This document shows, one piece after another, positions 37,615 through 48,494 of a DNA stretch of 64,000 nt. The notes beneath the pieces were generated by a model. The model was not told where the DNA came from. It made no database searches and saw only the letters and a list, made by a program, of their open reading frames with translations. Origin of the DNA: Candidatus Latescibacterota bacterium (lineage in GTDB: Bacteria; Latescibacterota; UBA2968; UBA8231); contig CBDCXV010000011.1 in NCBI GenBank assembly GCA_965223905.1, forward strand, positions 608,001 to 672,000, in the 5' to 3' direction. The number at the start of each line of letters is the position of its first letter. Position 1 is the stretch's first letter. The translations under genes were made by a program, and so were the position numbers.

Positions 37615-40515
37615 ATGAACCTTCCAAGACGGCGGGGCTTCGCCCTGTCCGGGCGCCGCCGGGCTCTTGCCGCCGTGGCCCTGCTGGCCGCGGGTCTCGC
37701 CGGCTGGCTCGTCGCCGACAGCTTCGACGTGCTGATCGCCTTCTCCCACGAACGCCTCCAGGCCGCGGTCGAAGATCCGCGCTGGCAGCCGGAGTGGGGC
37801 TTCCGGGGACAGCTGTTCACCGCCCTCGCCGCGGCCGCCCTTCTGCTCGCTGCCCGCGCGGCGACCTCGGCGCCGAGGGGAGTCGATGCCCTCCTTCCGG
37901 CGGTCGGCCTGGTCTGGACCCTGCTCCTGCTGCGCCTCCTCGCCCTGTTGAATCCGGTCACCAACCTGTTTCCCTGGCTGACGCTGCTATGGTCTCCGCA
38001 TGCCGGCTGGGCGGTTGCCGGAGCTTGCTGCATCGCCGCGGCAAGGGGACTGGCCGGCTCGGGGGAGAGCTGGTCGAACCGCTTCCGGCAAGGCTTCCGC
38101 GCCCTGCCCGACTACGGCATCGCCGCGGCAGTCGCCTGCTTCGCCTTCCTGGCCTACGCGGCGTACGGCATCTACATCGGGCAGATGACCATGATGCACG
38201 GGGACGAGGGGCATTACCTGAGGGTTACCCAGAGCCTGCTTCGCGACGGCGACTTCGACCTCTCCGACAACCTGGGGGACAGGGACGTCGCCGAGTACCA
38301 CTCCGTTCAGTTCGACGTGCACAAAGCGCCGGCCTCACCCCCGGGAAAGATCCACTCCGTGCATCCGATCGGGCTCTCCCTCCTGCTCGTTCCCGCCTAT
38401 TGGACCGGGCTGGAGCTCTGGGCCAATCCGAGGCTGGCCTGCATCCTGTTCACGAACCTGCTGACCGCGGCCTCCTGCGGGCTCGCCTACCTTTGGCTCG
38501 TGCGCCTGCGGCTCCCCCGCTTCGCGGCCCTGTCGAGCGTCGCCGCGGCAGCCACGACGACCCCGCTTTTCCTCTACAGCACCCAGCTGTACCCCGAAAT
38601 CCCCGCCCTTCTGGCGGCGCTTTTCACACTGCTGCTGTTCAGCCACTGGCTCCTGCCGGGGGGAGGCTACGCCCGCCTGCCCGCCGAGCCCGTCCTGCTG
38701 CCGTTCCTCGCCCTGATCCCGGCAGGCCTGGTTCTCCTTCACCCTCGCTACGCGCCCCTCGGAATGCTGCTGGGCGGGCTCGTCGCCCTGCAGGCCTTCT
38801 TCAGCACCAGGAGAAAGACTGCCATTGCGGGGGTGGTCGCCGCGGCGGGCGCCTCCCTTGCTGGAGTCCTGGCCTACCACTTCGCCTACAGCGGCGACTG
38901 GATGGGACCGTTCCGCCCCGGCAACGCCTGGAACGAGAACGCCCTGGACCCGGCGACCTGGCTGGTGTCGCTGCCCGGCCACTGGCTGCACCGCACCAAG
39001 GGACTGGTCAACAACTCCCCGGTCTTTCTCATCGCCATTGCCGGCCTGTTGGCGCTGGTGCGCGCCGGAGACCGGCGCCTGCTTGTGGTCGCGGCCCTGT
39101 ACACGGCCACCGCGGGGGCGAACGGCATCCACCCGGACTGGGAATTCGGCTTCTGTCCGCCCGCGAGGTTCCTGGTGACCGCCCTGCCGGCCCTGCTCCC
39201 CTGCCTGGCCGCGGGCATTGCCGCCTCGGTGCGGTCCGCGACAGCCGTAGCCGCCTGCCTGCTCGCCCTGACTGTCAGCTGGGACAGCGTAGTTTCCGCG
39301 CTATTTGTACCGGAGCGCGCCTATGACGGGATCCACCTCGGCTTCCGGAAAATCGCCGGTTTCTACCCGTTCTCCATCCATTTCTTCGACGGAGAAATCA
39401 CCGGAATACCGTACCTCGCGGTATCGTTCTGGCTCGGCCTGCTGGCTCTGTCCTTGGCTGCCGGAATCTTTCAGTGCCGCGGCCCCCGCCTCGCCATCGC
39501 CGGCCTCGCCGCCCTGATGCCGGTAGCCTGGGGGTATTCGGACGCCGTCGGGGCCGCGATCCAGAAGCGCAGCTCGCCGGGACTTGGGGTCTTGACGGAG
39601 GCGGCAGACGGAGGCATTCGCGCCTGGCGGCGCTCCCGGATTCTGACCGCTGAATTCCACAAAAGCGAAACCGGAAGCGAGCGGGACGGACGCTACTCGG
39701 CAAAGGGCCCTTCGGATCCCCCCGGCCTGTTGGCCTCGTACCGCCTGCCGATGTGGCAGCGGGGGGTCTACCGGGCGGAGGTTCCGGTGGGGTCCCGCGA
39801 TCGGTCCGAGGACGCTCCGCACACTGCGGTAGTCAGCCGTCGCGACGTCCTGCCTGTCTCAGGACCCTGGGAACAGCGGCTGTTCAAGGCCATGGGGGCC
39901 GAGCAGGACACGAGCCTTCTGGCCCTGGCTTTCTATCTCGACCGACCCTCTTTCGGACACGCTTCCCTGCTGTTTTCAGGAGCCGGCGAGCTGTCGCTGG
40001 GTCCTTTGAAATTCAGCATGCTGCCGGTTCGTCTTGCCCTCGCCGCCGACGAGGTCCAGGTCTTCGACGAGCAGCACCGCCTGGGATCAGACGACATGGT
40101 CCTGGTCGCCACCGACCCTCTCGACCAGGGGCGCTACCTCCTCGACCTGCGGCTCAGCGGTTCGACGCTGCCGGCGCTTTTCGAGCGCCGGGCCGAGCCG
40201 ATCTTCGCCGCAATCTTCCCAGCGGCCAGCGGGGGTTTCGAGGCGGTCGAGCAGACCGCCCGGCGCTGGTTCTCCGAAGACCGCACCCGCGCCGAGGATA
40301 TTTCCGGGTTCACCATCCCCGTTGCAGAGGGGGTTTTCTCCCCTGCCTGGCTGTCGCTTCCGTTCACGGGCGGGGCCTACCGGCTCGCCTTTTCGCTCGC
40401 CGGCACACAGCGACTGCTGGTTGCAATCAAATACCAGGGGGACCACGAGATCCGCGTCGACCGGGTCCTGATACGAAAGCAGAAACTCCGCCACCAACCG
40501 AGAAAAGCAGGTTGA
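37615..40515 (+). CDS. Large polytopic membrane protein, putative GT-C-fold glycosyltransferase with C-terminal extracytoplasmic domain
   Basis: Many hydrophobic helices; acidic loop HGDEGHYL..TQSLLRDGDFDL after early TMs; YSTQLYPE and PPARFL motifs; soluble C-terminal ~300 aa. Confidence 0.6.
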   Translation: MNLPRRRGFALSGRRRALAAVALLAAGLAGWLVADSFDVLIAFSHERLQAAVEDPRWQPEWGFRGQLFTALAAAALLLAARAATSAPRGVDALLPAVGLVWTLLLLRLLALLNPVTNLFPWLTLLWSPHAGWAVAGACCIAAARGLAGSGESWSNRFRQGFRALPDYGIAAAVACFAFLAYAAYGIYIGQMTMMHGDEGHYLRVTQSLLRDGDFDLSDNLGDRDVAEYHSVQFDVHKAPASPPGKIHSVHPIGLSLLLVPAYWTGLELWANPRLACILFTNLLTAASCGLAYLWLVRLRLPRFAALSSVAAAATTTPLFLYSTQLYPEIPALLAALFTLLLFSHWLLPGGGYARLPAEPVLLPFLALIPAGLVLLHPRYAPLGMLLGGLVALQAFFSTRRKTAIAGVVAAAGASLAGVLAYHFAYSGDWMGPFRPGNAWNENALDPATWLVSLPGHWLHRTKGLVNNSPVFLIAIAGLLALVRAGDRRLLVVAALYTATAGANGIHPDWEFGFCPPARFLVTALPALLPCLAAGIAASVRSATAVAACLLALTVSWDSVVSALFVPERAYDGIHLGFRKIAGFYPFSIHFFDGEITGIPYLAVSFWLGLLALSLAAGIFQCRGPRLAIAGLAALMPVAWGYSDAVGAAIQKRSSPGLGVLTEAADGGIRAWRRSRILTAEFHKSETGSERDGRYSAKGPSDPPGLLASYRLPMWQRGVYRAEVPVGSRDRSEDAPHTAVVSRRDVLPVSGPWEQRLFKAMGAEQDTSLLALAFYLDRPSFGHASLLFSGAGELSLGPLKFSMLPVRLALAADEVQVFDEQHRLGSDDMVLVATDPLDQGRYLLDLRLSGSTLPALFERRAEPIFAAIFPAASGGFEAVEQTARRWFSEDRTRAEDISGFTIPVAEGVFSPAWLSLPFTGGAYRLAFSLAGTQRLLVAIKYQGDHEIRVDRVLIRKQKLRHQPRKAG

Positions 40516-40529
40516 CCGGGAGACCAAAG

Positions 40530-41552
40530 ATGATCGATGCCGGTGAAATACATCGCCAAAACCTCGTCGTGGATTCGCACAACGACAGCACCGTCGGCCA
40601 CATCCGGCGCGGCAACATCGGACTGGCAGGAGAGCGCTCCGCAGAACGCAGCCGCCGGGGCGGCGCCATTCGCCACCTGCGGGAGCAGATCGACCCTGCC
40701 GTCTCCCCGTTGCAGCTCGATATTCCCCGGATGCGCAAGGGCGGCATCGATGCCGCCTTTTTCGCCGTCGACGTCACCAACGCCTGGGACAATCACCTCC
40801 TCTACGCCCTCGACGGGCTGGCCTGGCTCAAGCGGGAGATCGCCGCCCACGGAGACGACATCGAGCTGGCCCTCACCGCCGGGGCCATCACCGCGGCCAG
40901 GGAACGGGGCAGGATCGCCGCGCTGCTCGCCGTGGAGAACAGCGACGCCCTGCAGCGCAGCGTGCAGATCATCGACTCCCTGTACGATATCGGGGTGCGC
41001 ACCATGACGCTGACCCACAGCACGCGCTCCCACGCCGGGGACGGCTGCGAGGTCGTCGGAGGAGGGGGCCTGACGGGATTCGGCCGCGAGTTGGTCGCGT
41101 CGATGAACCAGCGCGGGATGCTGATCGACGTGTCGCACCTGAACGACGCCGGGTTCCGGGATGTCCTCGAGCTCTCGAGCGACCCGGTGGTCGCTTCCCA
41201 CAGCTGCTGCCGTCGCCTCTGCGGGCATCCGCGCAACCTCACCGACGACCAGCTCCGCGCCCTCGGCGAAATGGGGGGCGTCGTCGGCCTGACCTTCGTG
41301 CCCCGGTTCCTCGCCGAGGAGAACCCCGGCCTGTCCCATCTTCTAGACCACATCGAGCACGCCGCCTCCGTGGCTGGTCCCGGGGCCGTCGGGCTCGGGT
41401 CGGATTTCGACGGCGGCGGCACCCTGCTGGAAAGCGCCGCGGACTTCCCCCGCATCACCGCCGGACTCGTCGACCGCGGGTTCGGGGAGGAGACCTTGGA
41501 AGGAATCCTCGGCGGCAACCACCTGCGCCTGCTCGCAGCGGCCATCCGGTGA
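40530..41552 (+). CDS. Membrane dipeptidase (peptidase M19) family
   Basis: VDSHND, VEN, GLTGFGRELV..MN..GMLIDVSHL, VASHS, HPRNLTD, GLGSDFDG. Confidence 0.9.
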   Translation: MIDAGEIHRQNLVVDSHNDSTVGHIRRGNIGLAGERSAERSRRGGAIRHLREQIDPAVSPLQLDIPRMRKGGIDAAFFAVDVTNAWDNHLLYALDGLAWLKREIAAHGDDIELALTAGAITAARERGRIAALLAVENSDALQRSVQIIDSLYDIGVRTMTLTHSTRSHAGDGCEVVGGGGLTGFGRELVASMNQRGMLIDVSHLNDAGFRDVLELSSDPVVASHSCCRRLCGHPRNLTDDQLRALGEMGGVVGLTFVPRFLAEENPGLSHLLDHIEHAASVAGPGAVGLGSDFDGGGTLLESAADFPRITAGLVDRGFGEETLEGILGGNHLRLLAAAIR

Positions 41553-41781
41553 GCAGGCGGCTGCCGCCGGCTCATGGCGAACCCCCCGGTTTTCTCAGGG
41601 CAATCGGGGTCTAGATCGCGGGAAATACCCGAGGGCCCTGTGAGATCCGCCCGGGGCATCCGGGGCCGGTGGCCTGGCCGTGCTCGCCGGGAACAGCCTT
41701 CCGAAAGCGTGGACGGCCACCTGACGAACGACCGTCCGGAGGCTCAGTCGCCACCGCGGGAGGACGTTCACGGGCCGAGGT

Positions 41782-43284
41782 TCAGAGCGAGTACAGCTCG
41801 CCGTACTTGGTTTCCAGGTATGCGATCAGGGGAGCGGTCGACAGCGGCTCGCCTGCGACCTCTGCGACCAGCTCCTCAGCGGTGAGCCGGGACCCCCGGG
41901 AATGGATGTTGTCGCGCAGCCAGGCCAGCAGTCCGGCGAACTCCCCGCGGCGCACGTCCTGCATCAGGCCGGGCATCTCTCGGCGGGCGCAGGCGAAGAA
42001 CTGGGCCGCGTACAGGTTTCCCAGCGAGTAGGTCGGGAAATAGCCGATCGCTCCGGAAGACCAGTGGATGTCCTGGAGCACGCCGACGGCGTCGTTTTCC
42101 GGACGGATGCCGAGGAAATCCTCCATGCGGTCGTTCCAGCGCTCAGGCAACTCGGCAACGGCGAGCTCTCCGCCGACCAACTGCTGCTCCAGCTCGAAAC
42201 GGAGCAGGATGTGCAGGTTGTAGGTCACCTCGTCCGCCTCGACCCGGACAGGGGCGGCCTCGACGTGATTGACCGCGGCGTAGAACTGCTCGAGCTCCAC
42301 GTCCTCGAGCTGCCGGGGGAAGCGGCTCTTCAGCTTCGGCAGGTAATGCTCCCAGAACTCGCGGCTGCGCCCGATCATGTTCTCCCACAGGCGCGACTGC
42401 GACTCGTGGATGCCGAGAGAGACCGCCTGGCAGAGGGGAGTTCCCATCGCCTCCTGCGGCAGGCCCTGCTCGTACAGCCCGTGGCCGCATTCGTGGATGA
42501 TCCCGAACAGGGACTCGGCAAGGGCACCGGAGCTGTAGCGCGTCGTCAGGCGGACGTCGGTCGGGGCCAGAGCGGAACAGAAGGGGTGGACGGAGACGTC
42601 GAGGCGTCCCGCCTCCATGTCGAAACCGAGATCGGCCAGGACCTCGCGTCCGAACCCCTCCTGGGCCCCGACCGGGAACTCGCGGCCGAGCAGGTCCGGC
42701 CTTTGCCTCCCCTTGGCCAGGATCGCTTCGGCCAGGGGAATCAGCCGGTCGCGCAGTTCTTCCAGCAGGGGCGCGACCTCCTCGACCCGCGCCTGCGGCT
42801 CGTACTCGTCGAGGAAGGCGTTGTAGATCGAACCCTCGTACCCGACCAGGCCGGCGACCCTCCCCTGCAGCTCGAGAATCCGGGTCAGCCAGGGGGCGAA
42901 GGTGCCGAACTCGGACCTTTGCCGCGCCTCGACCCAGGCCTCGTGAGCGCGGGCCTGCGTCACGGACAGCTCGACGACGAGCTGCCGCGGGATCTTCAGA
43001 GCCCGGTCCTGCTCGCGCCCGACCAGGCGCAGGTTGGCTGCGGCGTCCGCTTCGAGAGAATCCCCCGACAGCTCTCCCACGAGGTCGACGAGGAGGCCCG
43101 CAGTCAGCTTCTCGTGATACAGCCCGGCGAGGAGGCCGATACTGCGCGCCCGCTCCCCGGCGCCCCGCCGCGGCATGCTGGTTTCCTGGTCCCAGCCCAG
43201 CAGCGCCCGGGCGTGGCCGAGATCGGTCAATTCTCGGGCGAGGCGTAGAAACTCCGTATACTTGGGGCTCACCTGCGGCACCAT
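41782..43284 (-). CDS. Carboxypeptidase M32 (Taq-type)
   Basis: LLGWDQET.MP, GRLDVSVHPF, DVRLTTRY, HECGH (HEXXH), HESQS, RVEADEVTYNLH, LQDIHWS, GYFPTYSLG. Confidence 0.94.
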   Translation of the reverse strand: MVPQVSPKYTEFLRLARELTDLGHARALLGWDQETSMPRRGAGERARSIGLLAGLYHEKLTAGLLVDLVGELSGDSLEADAAANLRLVGREQDRALKIPRQLVVELSVTQARAHEAWVEARQRSEFGTFAPWLTRILELQGRVAGLVGYEGSIYNAFLDEYEPQARVEEVAPLLEELRDRLIPLAEAILAKGRQRPDLLGREFPVGAQEGFGREVLADLGFDMEAGRLDVSVHPFCSALAPTDVRLTTRYSSGALAESLFGIIHECGHGLYEQGLPQEAMGTPLCQAVSLGIHESQSRLWENMIGRSREFWEHYLPKLKSRFPRQLEDVELEQFYAAVNHVEAAPVRVEADEVTYNLHILLRFELEQQLVGGELAVAELPERWNDRMEDFLGIRPENDAVGVLQDIHWSSGAIGYFPTYSLGNLYAAQFFACARREMPGLMQDVRRGEFAGLLAWLRDNIHSRGSRLTAEELVAEVAGEPLSTAPLIAYLETKYGELYSL

Positions 43285-43306
43285 TCCAGAGAGAGGCTTC
43301 CGAGTC

Positions 43307-44539
43307 ATGAAAATCGCGCAAGCGGAAGAAATCGTTCTCAACATCCCATTCTATGCCGAACACGTAACCCGCGCCATGCAGAGGGCGCTGACCCACAACG
43401 AGCGGGTACACGTCTACCGGGTGGAGCTCGACGACGGCAGCGTCGGGTACGGAGACGGAGCCAGCGGCGGCGACCTCGAACGCCTGAACGGGGCAAACCC
43501 GCTGGCCGTCATTCAGGACGACGGCCTGGGACAGGGTCTGCAGATGGCGGTGATCGACGCCGTCGGCAGGGCCACCGGAACGCCTGCGCACGCCCTGATC
43601 GGAACCAGGGTCCGGGACCGCTGCCCGATCTCCTGGTGGGACATCGACATGTCTCCCGCCGACTGGGCCCTGGAGGCCAAGGAGTCGGTAGCCAGGGGGT
43701 ACACTTGCTTCAAGATGAAGGCGCGGCCCTGGTGGGACATCGTCGAGCAGGTCGAAACCGTGAGCGAGGTGGTGCCGGCGGATTACAAGTTCGACATCGA
43801 TTTCAACGGCTTCCTGCTAAATCCGGCGCGCGCCGAAGTGATGCTGCAACGGCTCGACGAGGTCCCCAACGTGGGCATGTACGAAAGCCCATTCTATCTA
43901 GGCACTGACCTCACCGGCGCCCGCATCCTGCGCGAGCGGGTGCGCAAACCGATCGTCGAGCACTTCCGCGAAGAGGTCCTGCACGCCCACTGCAGCGACG
44001 GCTTCGTCGTCGGCGGGGGCATCACCGGGTGCAGGACGCAGAACGCCCTGGCCGCGAGCTTCAACAAGCCGTTCTGGCTGCAGCTGGTCGGAACCGGACT
44101 TACCACCGCCTTCGCCGTGCAGCTGGGCTCGACCCTGTCCCACGCGCAGCTGCCCTACATAACCTGCAGCGAGCTGTGGGAGCACGACCTGCTGAGCGAA
44201 CGCCTCGAGATCGTCGACGGGTACGCGGCAGTCTCGGACGCCCCCGGGCTGGGGGTCGATGTCGACGAGTCCGCCATCGAGCGCTACCGCGTCGATCCCG
44301 GGGCGACGATTCCGACTCAACAGTACCGGGAGCGCAAGCGCATTCTGCGGATCAGCTGGCCAGGGGCCGGTGGCGGCAGGCGCACCCTGGATTTCACCGA
44401 CGAATCGCAATACCAGCAGGCCTTCTACAAGGGCAGCATCCCCGGGTTCGAGCGCGGCGTCGGCCTGGAGGTCATAGAAGACGACGGCAGCCCCGGCTTT
44501 GCCAGGAAGCACGAGAAACTGCTCGCCTCGGGGCGCTAG
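43307..44539 (+). CDS. Mandelate racemase / muconate lactonizing enzyme family protein
   Basis: GSVGYG, QMAVIDAVGR, FKMK (KxK), DIDFN, YESP, DAPGLGVDVD; extra C-terminal extension. Confidence 0.8.
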   Translation: MKIAQAEEIVLNIPFYAEHVTRAMQRALTHNERVHVYRVELDDGSVGYGDGASGGDLERLNGANPLAVIQDDGLGQGLQMAVIDAVGRATGTPAHALIGTRVRDRCPISWWDIDMSPADWALEAKESVARGYTCFKMKARPWWDIVEQVETVSEVVPADYKFDIDFNGFLLNPARAEVMLQRLDEVPNVGMYESPFYLGTDLTGARILRERVRKPIVEHFREEVLHAHCSDGFVVGGGITGCRTQNALAASFNKPFWLQLVGTGLTTAFAVQLGSTLSHAQLPYITCSELWEHDLLSERLEIVDGYAAVSDAPGLGVDVDESAIERYRVDPGATIPTQQYRERKRILRISWPGAGGGRRTLDFTDESQYQQAFYKGSIPGFERGVGLEVIEDDGSPGFARKHEKLLASGR

Positions 44540-44685
44540 TGCCTGCCCGGCAGTCGGAAAAGTCCCGATCGATACCCCCGGACAGGACTGGAAGGTCTGC
44601 GCATCTCGCAGGCAAAGGCAGCAAGCTGATACCGGCCTAGTCGAGAAATCCCGCGCGTCAGGCTGCGCAGGGTCCCTGCCGCGGG

Positions 44686-45681
44686 CTACAGATCTTCGTA
44701 GGCTGTCAGGCGGTAGCCGATGCCGACGTAATCGAGAAGCCGCGTCAGGCTGCGCAGGGCGACGCCGAAGCCGTCAACGCCGCTGTAACCCCCGAACTGC
44801 CCTCCGCCCCTGAGATGGGGCTCGAGGTCGAGGAAGACCCCCGGGACCCCGAGGCGCCTGAGCTTTCTGTCGAGAGCGGGGATGCGGTTCCTGAAATCGA
44901 GCAGAATCGCCTCGTGCCCCGAGTCCCCGCGGTCCGCGGGGACGAAGTTTTCCAGCCGCTCCTCGTCGACGAATCCCTTCCACTCCAGGGCGGGATCGAT
45001 CCTGTAGTCCTTCACGTGCAGCCAGCCGATGCCGTTTCGCATCGCCCGGTACTGTTCGAAGGTCTCGACCGCGGTCAGGTTCTGACTCGACAGGTTGCCG
45101 CCGTCGAAGATCAGCAACAGGTGGGGGTTCTTCACCTTGCGGTGAAGGGCGCGCAGCAGGTGTCCGGACTGCCCGACGAGATTCGCTTCCACCTCCAGTC
45201 CGAAGAAGACGCCGCGGCGCTGGCAGAGCGAGGCGATCTCCCCCAGCCTGTCGGCCGCGGCGTCGACGTGCCCGGCAGGGTCGTCGCCGCGGGGATGGTA
45301 GAAGGAGAATCCCCTGATCAGCCTGGTCTCGAACTCTTCGGCGAGATCGATGGCGCGGGCGACCTCCTCTTTCAGGTAGCGGCGGAACGGCACGTACTGG
45401 TTGCTCGAGCCGTCCTCGCGATCGAGGAGCTTCACCTTGCCGATGGGGGAGCCGATGGAGGAGACGCGAACCCCGTAGCGGGCGTGCAGCTTCCGCAGGC
45501 TGCCGATCTCCGCGCGCGACAGCTGCATGACGTTCTTGACCCCCTGTCCGGCATCGATCCAGCGCAAGCTGTAGTAGCTCATTCCGAGGGCGGCCAGCAT
45601 GGTCAGCTGCGCCTCGGCCTTCTTGTCTTCGGGACCTTCGTCGGCGAAGCCGCTGAGGATGACTTCCGGACGCTCGGGCAT
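44686..45681 (-). CDS. Sugar phosphate isomerase/epimerase (xylose-isomerase-like TIM barrel)
   Basis: LSGFADE, SSIGSPIGK, IRGFSFY, GLEVE, IFDGGN, LHVKD, LDLEPHL. Confidence 0.82.
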   Translation of the reverse strand: MPERPEVILSGFADEGPEDKKAEAQLTMLAALGMSYYSLRWIDAGQGVKNVMQLSRAEIGSLRKLHARYGVRVSSIGSPIGKVKLLDREDGSSNQYVPFRRYLKEEVARAIDLAEEFETRLIRGFSFYHPRGDDPAGHVDAAADRLGEIASLCQRRGVFFGLEVEANLVGQSGHLLRALHRKVKNPHLLLIFDGGNLSSQNLTAVETFEQYRAMRNGIGWLHVKDYRIDPALEWKGFVDEERLENFVPADRGDSGHEAILLDFRNRIPALDRKLRRLGVPGVFLDLEPHLRGGGQFGGYSGVDGFGVALRSLTRLLDYVGIGYRLTAYEDL

Positions 45682-45914
45682 GGGTACACTTTCCCTGGCA
45701 AGGGTGAAGCCGACTGCCGCGTTCGCTAGCCCGAAGGCAGGCAACCCCTGGCGAGCGCGAACGCGCCCTCGGCACGGGCTGCCCCGGCAGTGGGGGTGGG
45801 CGGAATATAACCCGCAATCGGCAGCGGCACTGTCCGCGGCCCAAAAATGGACACAAACCGCATGCCGCCCCTTTCTTGCCGCAAACACCCCGGACCGCCC
45901 TCGTGAAAGCTGCG

Positions 45915-48101
45915 ATGAAACCTCTTGCCACCATTCACGTACTCCCCGATCTGCCGGCGCCGCTGGCCCCCCTGTGGGACCTCAGCTACAACCTCTGGTG
46001 GAGCTGGAGCACGGAGGTTCTCGAGCTGTTCTTCGACATCGACCCCGAGGTTTGGTTCGAGTCGGGACGAAACCCCCTGCGCTTCCTAGCCTCTTTGAGC
46101 CAGGACCGCCTGGCCGCGGCCGATGCAAACGGCGAGCTCGCCGCCCGCATCGCCAGGCTGACCTCCGCGTTCGAGGAGTACGTGTCGAGAAAGACCTGGT
46201 TCGACGAGAGGTACGGTGAGAACGGTTTGCAGATCGCCTATTTCTCGCTGGAATTCGGAATCGCCAGATCCCTGCCGATCTATTCGGGGGGCCTCGGGGT
46301 GCTCGCCGGGGACCACCTGAAGTCGGCGAGCAACCTCGGCCTCCCCCTGGCCGGGGTCGGTCTCCTGTATCGCCAGGGGTACTTCCGGCAGACGCTCAAC
46401 CCGGACGGCTGGCAGCTCGAGACCTATCCCGAGAACGACTTCGACCGCCTTCCGGTCCAACCGGTCACCGACTCCTCGGGGGCCGCCCTGACCGTCGAGG
46501 TCCCCTACCCTCACGGCGCCGTAGCCGCCCGGATATGGCGCGCCGACGTCGACCGGGAGGGTCTCGGCCCTCACCCGGGAGCAGCTCCTCGGGCTCGGAC
46601 ACGCCGACCCCGGCGACCACGACAGCGATTTCTGCATGACCGTGCTCGCCCTGAGGCTGTCCGCCCAGGCCAACGGCGTCAGCCGGCTGCACGGGGAGGT
46701 GGCGCGGTCGATGTGGGGTCACCTGTGGCCCGACCTCGCCCCTTCCGAGGTACCGATCGCGGCGATTGCCAACGGGGTGCACAGCCAGACCTGGGCGTCC
46801 CCGCAGATGGCTGGGCTGCTCGACCGCGAGGCAGGGTCTCTGCCTGGCGCTTCTCCCCCGACTGCGGAAAGGACATGGAGGCGGTTCGCCGGATCCCCGA
46901 CGGAGAGCTGTGGCAGATCCGCCAGGTCCGCCGCCAGCGCCTGCTCGACTTCACGCGGCGTCACCTGCGGAGTCAGTTCCGGCGCCAGGGCGTCCCCCCG
47001 GCCAAGGCGGAGCGATCCCTGCAAAGGCTGGACGACAGCGTCTTCACCCTCGGTTTCGCCCGCCGCTTCGCCACCTACAAGCGCGGCACCCTGCTGCTGA
47101 GAAACCCCGACCGCCTCGCGGCCCTGATGGAGAGCGACCGGCAGCCGCTGCAGGTACTGTTCGCCGGCAAGGCCCATCCCCACGACCACGCCGGCAAGGA
47201 GCTGATCCGCGACATCGTGGCGCTGTCGCGCCAGGAGCCGTTCGCCGGGCGCCTGTTCTTCCTCGAGGACTACGACATCAACATCGCCCGCTTCATGTTC
47301 CAGGGTTGCGACGTCTGGCTCAACAACCCGAGACGCCCCCAGGAAGCGAGCGGCACCAGCGGCATGAAGGCGGCGATCAACGGCACCCTGAACATCAGCG
47401 TCCTCGACGGCTGGTGGGAGGAGGCCTGCGAGCTGCATCCCGGATGGGTTATCGGCCGCGGCGAGGTGTACGAAGACGCCGACTACAAGGACGAAGTCGA
47501 GTCGAATGCCCTCTACGACCTGCTAGAAACCGAGGTGATCCCCCTGTTCTACTCCCGCTCGCAGGACGGGATGCCCCATGGCTGGATCGAGCGCATCAAG
47601 GAGTCGCTGGCGACGCTCGTTCCGCAGTACAACACCAACCGCATGGTGCGCGAGTACCTCGAGGATCTCTAGACGCCCAACCACAGACGCTGGGAACAGC
47701 TCAACGGCGAGCGCGAGCGGATCGCCAGGTTGAGCGAGTGGAAGGCCGGTATCCGCTCCGCCTGGTCGGAGGTGCGGATCGAGGAGGTCGAAGCCGACTC
47801 GCCGCAGCGGCCGAAAGTCGGCGCCCGCATACCTGTCTCGGCGAGCGTCCGCCTCGGATCCCTGGCACCGCATGACGTTCGCGTCGAGCTGTTTGCCGGC
47901 CGCGTCAACGCCCGGCAGGAGATCGTGCAGGGAGAATCCACGGCGCTGCAGTACTCGAACTCCGATGGAGACGACAGGCACACCTTCACCGGAAGCTACC
48001 GCTGCTCGACCCCGGGATCCCACGGCTACACCCTGCGGGTCCTGCCCGACCACCCCGGTCTGCAAAACCCCCTGGAGATGGGGCTGGTGCGCTGGGCATA
48101 G
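45915..48101 (+). pseudogene. glgP: Alpha-glucan (glycogen/starch) phosphorylase; internal deletion ~46550, frameshifts ~46568 and ~46838, in-frame TAG at 47670-47672
   Basis: NLWWSW, IAYFSLEFG, YSGGLGVLAGDHLK, NGVSRLHG, GFARRFATYKR, FAGKAHP, DVWLNNP, EASGTSGMKA. The LLDT...RLYGG...LNEGH...FTTHTP block is absent. The C-terminal domain continues in frame after the TAG. Confidence 0.9.
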
Positions 48102-48134
48102 GGACAACCTCATCCTGCGATGCCGAACAGGGTG

Positions 48135-48494
48135 GTGACGGACGCTTCAGGCTACATAGTCCGGCCTGCCGGAGAGGGGGACGCCGGCTCGGTGGTAGGT
48201 TTGTCAGAACTATGGGCGGAAGAAGGCTGTACGACCGGCTATGCCCCGTTGTCTGAAGGGGACGGGCATTTCCGGTCCTGGCTGGAGGGCGGCTATTTTT
48301 TCGACCCGGCGACCTACAGGAGGTTGCTTGCCGAGTGCCGGCTTCCGGATCGAGCGGAAAGGTGTCCTGGGAGGCGGAGGGATTCCGCGAACCCCGCGCA
48401 GGAGGTCTACCCAATTTTCTTTGCTGTCAGAAACGAGCCTTCCAGAAGAGCAGCGCTCGGCGGCGGGATCCACGCGGAATTGCGCGCGCAGTAA
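48135..48494 (+). pseudogene. GNAT-like N-terminal fragment joined to unrelated sequence
   Basis: YIVRPAGEGDAGSVVGLSELW resembles a GNAT beta1-alpha1 start, but the acetyl-CoA motif (R/QxxGxG) never appears and the sequence changes character after ~48300. Confidence 0.35.

Noticed and set aside
41553-41781. ncRNA in the 230-bp spacer between the convergent peptidase genes
   Set aside because: No recognisable RNA family motif or second copy could be found by eye.
46547-46557. Shared TCGACC motif at the glgP and GNAT deletion junctions as a recombination site
   Set aside because: TCGA-containing words are very frequent throughout this sequence and the mgtE junction lacks the motif.
47670-47672. 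In-frame TAG in glgP as stop-codon recoding or pyrrolysine
   Set aside because: TAG terminates many intact genes here (e.g. at 7711, 36996, 44539, 63566), the position is normally Tyr (TAC, one base away), and the gene has other lesions.
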